From NCBI GenBank assembly GCA_964648765.1, contig CAZYLF010000001.1, positions 12,155 to 76,154 of the forward strand: a stretch of 64,000 bases of DNA. The letters run 5' to 3'. This stretch comes from an uncultured Candidatus Saccharibacteria bacterium (lineage in GTDB: Bacteria; Patescibacteriota; Minisyncoccia; Phycocordibacterales; JACOZG01). The translations under genes were made by a program, and so were the position numbers. Under the pieces are notes generated by a model. It was not told the origin of the DNA and did no database searches. It saw only the letters and a program-made list of their open reading frames with translations. Shown here in pieces: positions 61,368-64,000 of the stretch (within the stretch, counting starts at the first letter, position 1; every line of letters begins with the position of its first letter).

Positions 61368-62106
61368 AACTTATTTATATACCCCACTTTATAACGCGCT
61401 AATTTACTTAAGTGATATTATTCCTGGCCACAGTATTGGTTTGGCGATTATTGCTTTAACTTTAATAATCAAACTCATTCTCCTCCCCCTTTATCATCAG
61501 CTCTGGCGCACTCAAGTGGCCATGAAGGCGGTGGAACCGGAATTAAAGTTAATTAAAGAGAAGTATAAAGATAATCGTGAGGAACAGGCCCGGCAAACAA
61601 TGGCACTTTATAAAAAATACAAAATCAATCCATTTTCTGGAATTATTATTGTTTTTATTCAACTCCCTATTCTTTTAGCCCTTTTTTACGTTTTTAAAGA
61701 TAGTTTTAATTTACACGCTGATCTGCTTTATTCTTTTGTTAAGGCGCCAGAGGCACTCAACACTAATTTATTTGGAATATTTGATTTAACGGCGCGGAGC
61801 TACCCACTTGCGATTTTAGTGGGCTTAACTCAATTTATTCAAATTAAACTTTCTCTCCCCCCTACTTCGCCAAAACTACCAAACGTAACGGGTGCCAATA
61901 ACTTCGGTGAGGATTTTAAGGCAATGATGGGCTGGCAAATGCGTTATATTATGCCAGTGTTTATTACTTTTATTTCTTTAGGTTTGCCTGGCGCTATCAC
62001 TGTTTACTGGATTACCAGTAACTTATTTACTATTGGTCACGAACTTATTAAAAAGTTTTATCTTACAGAGACTCCTTTAAATCAAACGCCATTAAGCGCG
62101 AATTAA
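61360..62106 (+). CDS. yidC: membrane protein insertase YidC/Oxa1 family (short form)
   Basis: Five TM helices with the conserved hydrophilic groove region (LLPLY...QLPILLALF); canonical rpmH-rnpA-yidC order. Confidence 0.75.
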   Translation: MFRTYLYTPLYNALIYLSDIIPGHSIGLAIIALTLIIKLILLPLYHQLWRTQVAMKAVEPELKLIKEKYKDNREEQARQTMALYKKYKINPFSGIIIVFIQLPILLALFYVFKDSFNLHADLLYSFVKAPEALNTNLFGIFDLTARSYPLAILVGLTQFIQIKLSLPPTSPKLPNVTGANNFGEDFKAMMGWQMRYIMPVFITFISLGLPGAITVYWITSNLFTIGHELIKKFYLTETPLNQTPLSAN

Positions 62107-63304
62107 GTCTGTTGGTGAGGAAGAGGGTAGTATTTTCCTTATTTAAAAATAGATTTTCCGCGTCCACTAATCTTTCCTTTGAGACAGTTTTTAATAGTTT
62201 TGTTTCCCCTGAATTTATATTAATTCGCCAAAGTTCATCATTAAATGTAATTTCTCCACGGTACCAAGAATCAGGATAATCACTAAACAGCAAGTCTTTT
62301 GGAACCGCACAAAACAAGAATTCCTCGTCTGACGACCACACACATTTTTCAGCCAAAGTATTTAACGTCGGGCTTAAGTATTCACCACTGTTAATTTTAA
62401 AAATACTAAGTTTTGTTTGGTTAGACACAGATTCCGACAAAGCAATCATTCCTCCTTTTGGACTTGGGAGTGTAGAGAGGCCCAGCTTGTCACCCAAAAT
62501 TTTTACGATTTTTTTGGTTTTTAAATCCAAAAAATAAACAAAACCAAAAGCTTGGACAGAGGGTTTGCTTTGGAGAGCGATAGTCGTTGAGGAAAACCAG
62601 TTTATTTTCCATGAAGCAAAGGGAGAGGAAAATATTTTATCTCTTTTTTTAAATTCCAAATCGGTGCTATATCCAGTGACCCCTCCCCCAGTTTCTTCTA
62701 TATAAAATAACCTTTTTTTATCTGGGGAGATTGTGAGGTCATAAACATTTCCTAATTGTGGCGTAGTGGAGGCTTCTGGCCAAGTGACTATTTTGAGTAA
62801 TCTAGTATCCCTGTCTTGCTCTATTGCGATTAACTTCGGGAGACTATTTTCGATTGCCCAAACCCATTTTTTTATCTTTGTTGTTTCTAGATTACCCACC
62901 TTTACAGCATCAGAGAGACCTAAATTTTTTTTGAAGATACCATCGTTATTTTGGCCAAGGTACAAAACATAAGGATCAGTGGTGCTTGCGGTAGTTGAAG
63001 AGGTTGCTGGATCTTCAACAAAAAGGGCACTTATAATAGGCTCTGTATCAATTTCATTTGGGCCAAGATTACTAATTAGTGAGTTTTCAGTTGGAACCTC
63101 CTCCCCCACTAGGTCTAATCCTGTGCTGGCCGGCTCAGTGAAAATTTGTGATTCGGCAATTGGTAAACCAGCTGAGCTATCTACCGTTGGCTCATCAATC
63201 TCGACCTCATTTACTTCATCTTTATTATATAAAGCAACGTAGATTGCAAGGCCAATTAGCATTAATACGAGAAGAAAAATTATTGTTTTAAGAATTGTCC
63301 TCAT
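62063..63304 (-). CDS. hypothetical membrane-anchored extracytoplasmic protein, possibly beta-propeller (TolB/PD40-like)
   Basis: N-terminal TM anchor, Thr/Ser-rich linker, then beta-rich repeats. Assignment tentative. Confidence 0.35.
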   Translation of the reverse strand: MRTILKTIIFLLVLMLIGLAIYVALYNKDEVNEVEIDEPTVDSSAGLPIAESQIFTEPASTGLDLVGEEVPTENSLISNLGPNEIDTEPIISALFVEDPATSSTTASTTDPYVLYLGQNNDGIFKKNLGLSDAVKVGNLETTKIKKWVWAIENSLPKLIAIEQDRDTRLLKIVTWPEASTTPQLGNVYDLTISPDKKRLFYIEETGGGVTGYSTDLEFKKRDKIFSSPFASWKINWFSSTTIALQSKPSVQAFGFVYFLDLKTKKIVKILGDKLGLSTLPSPKGGMIALSESVSNQTKLSIFKINSGEYLSPTLNTLAEKCVWSSDEEFLFCAVPKDLLFSDYPDSWYRGEITFNDELWRININSGETKLLKTVSKERLVDAENLFLNKENTTLFLTNRLNSRLMAFDLKESL

Positions 63305-63612
63305 TATCTATTAAATATATCAAAAGTTAATAAATCTGGGTTGATTGTGTATAAAATTAAATATGATACTAGGGCCAGAACTAAACCCCATACTGCACTC
63401 ATCATCCTCTCCTTTGCGTTACTTTTCGCTCCAGGCACAGCACTTGCGGCGTATTGAACTCCCGCAAAAACCACCATTAGTATTGCTGCAACAATTATAA
63501 AACCAAGAACTCGGTCGTAAACAACTTTTGCGTAACTACCAAACTCTTGCGGTGGTGCTCCAGTGCCTGCGGTGACCAAACCCTCTTCGAGTAATTTGAT
63601 TTCTGTTGCCAT
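63304..63612 (-). CDS. small two-TM membrane protein (VirB2/TrbC-pilin-like topology?)
   Basis: Two hydrophobic helices separated by a short loop, 102 aa. Family not recognised with confidence. Confidence 0.3.
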   Translation of the reverse strand: MATEIKLLEEGLVTAGTGAPPQEFGSYAKVVYDRVLGFIIVAAILMVVFAGVQYAASAVPGAKSNAKERMMSAVWGLVLALVSYLILYTINPDLLTFDIFNR

Positions 63613-64000
63613 TTTTAAAATTTAACTTCTAAACTTTTTTCGACACTTTTATTAGATAAATAGTCTGAGGCTTTTAATTTAACGAGAGACCGGTTTTCTT
63701 TTGTGGTTGATTGGGGAGGAACTAGTTTAATAACGCTGGGCTCATTTGGATCACTGTCAATTTTTTTGTCATTATAGAACCATTCAAATTTCGGCTCGGT
63801 AGTTGTATATCTACTTGGTAAATAAAACGGCCAGGCGGCCACCACCTCTTCTCTAAAGGTAAGTGTAAGGGGGCTTTTAACATTTTGTTTAAAAATTGTC
63901 TCACCAGCCGCATTAACCGGGTAAAAGTTAATTCTTGGCTCAACCGCTTTTATGCTTAATGTTTCGGTTATTTTTGTAAGTTCATTTGGGGTTGAGGCAG

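Overview
This 64 kb window is a bacterial chromosomal segment with a streamlined gene set. It may come from a Patescibacteria/CPR-like organism, but that is inference only, resting on the short YidC, the sparse metabolism and the many pilus genes. There are no in-frame stops that would suggest an alternative genetic code. Overall GC is about 40-45 %.

The replication origin lies near the 3' end: dnaA and dnaN run on the minus strand, and rpmH, rnpA and yidC diverge from them on the plus strand. DnaA boxes sit in the dnaA-dnaN spacer.

Most of the window is housekeeping and DNA-repair genes (ruvA, ruvB, yebC, ruvC, ruvX, mutM, xth, a family-4 UDG, polA, holA-like, tsaE, tyrS, PBP1A, pgi, rplS, rpsT, rluA-family) and seven tRNAs (His, Leu-GAG, Val-TAC, Arg-TCT, Ser-TGA, Arg-GCG, Lys-TTT).

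There are at least three type IV pilus-like loci:
- 5.9-14.2 kb: major pilin, PilM, three minor pilins, a 578-aa pilin fused to a beta-propeller (putative tip adhesin), a pseudopilin, PilC and PilB.
- 21-23.2 kb: pilM-pilN-pilO.
- 49.1 kb: a second PilB-like ATPase.
A receiver-only response regulator and a cytoplasmic PAS histidine kinase sit directly downstream of pilB. A VirD4/TraD-like ATPase lies upstream of ruvX-pilMNO.

The most unusual signal is a set of strongly GC-rich (55-70 %) expression units, all on the minus strand. Each has its own near-consensus sigma70-type promoter (TTGACT/TTGACA, 16-18 nt spacer, TAnnnT), a GGAG-type ribosome-binding site and a hairpin terminator:
- a 699-aa vWA protein (52-2151);
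- an 86-aa protein (15.8-16.1 kb);
- a two-small-peptide cassette (36.0-36.4 kb);
- a zinc-ribbon protein beside tRNA-Lys (36.6-36.9 kb);
- an approximately 3 kb island (42.3-45.3 kb) holding two tandem pairs of paralogous unknown proteins, whose promoter and terminator modules are themselves near-identical repeats;
- a 219-aa protein upstream of polA.
No integrase, transposase or CRISPR array was seen. All product calls come from motifs read by eye in the six-frame translations; no database search was run.
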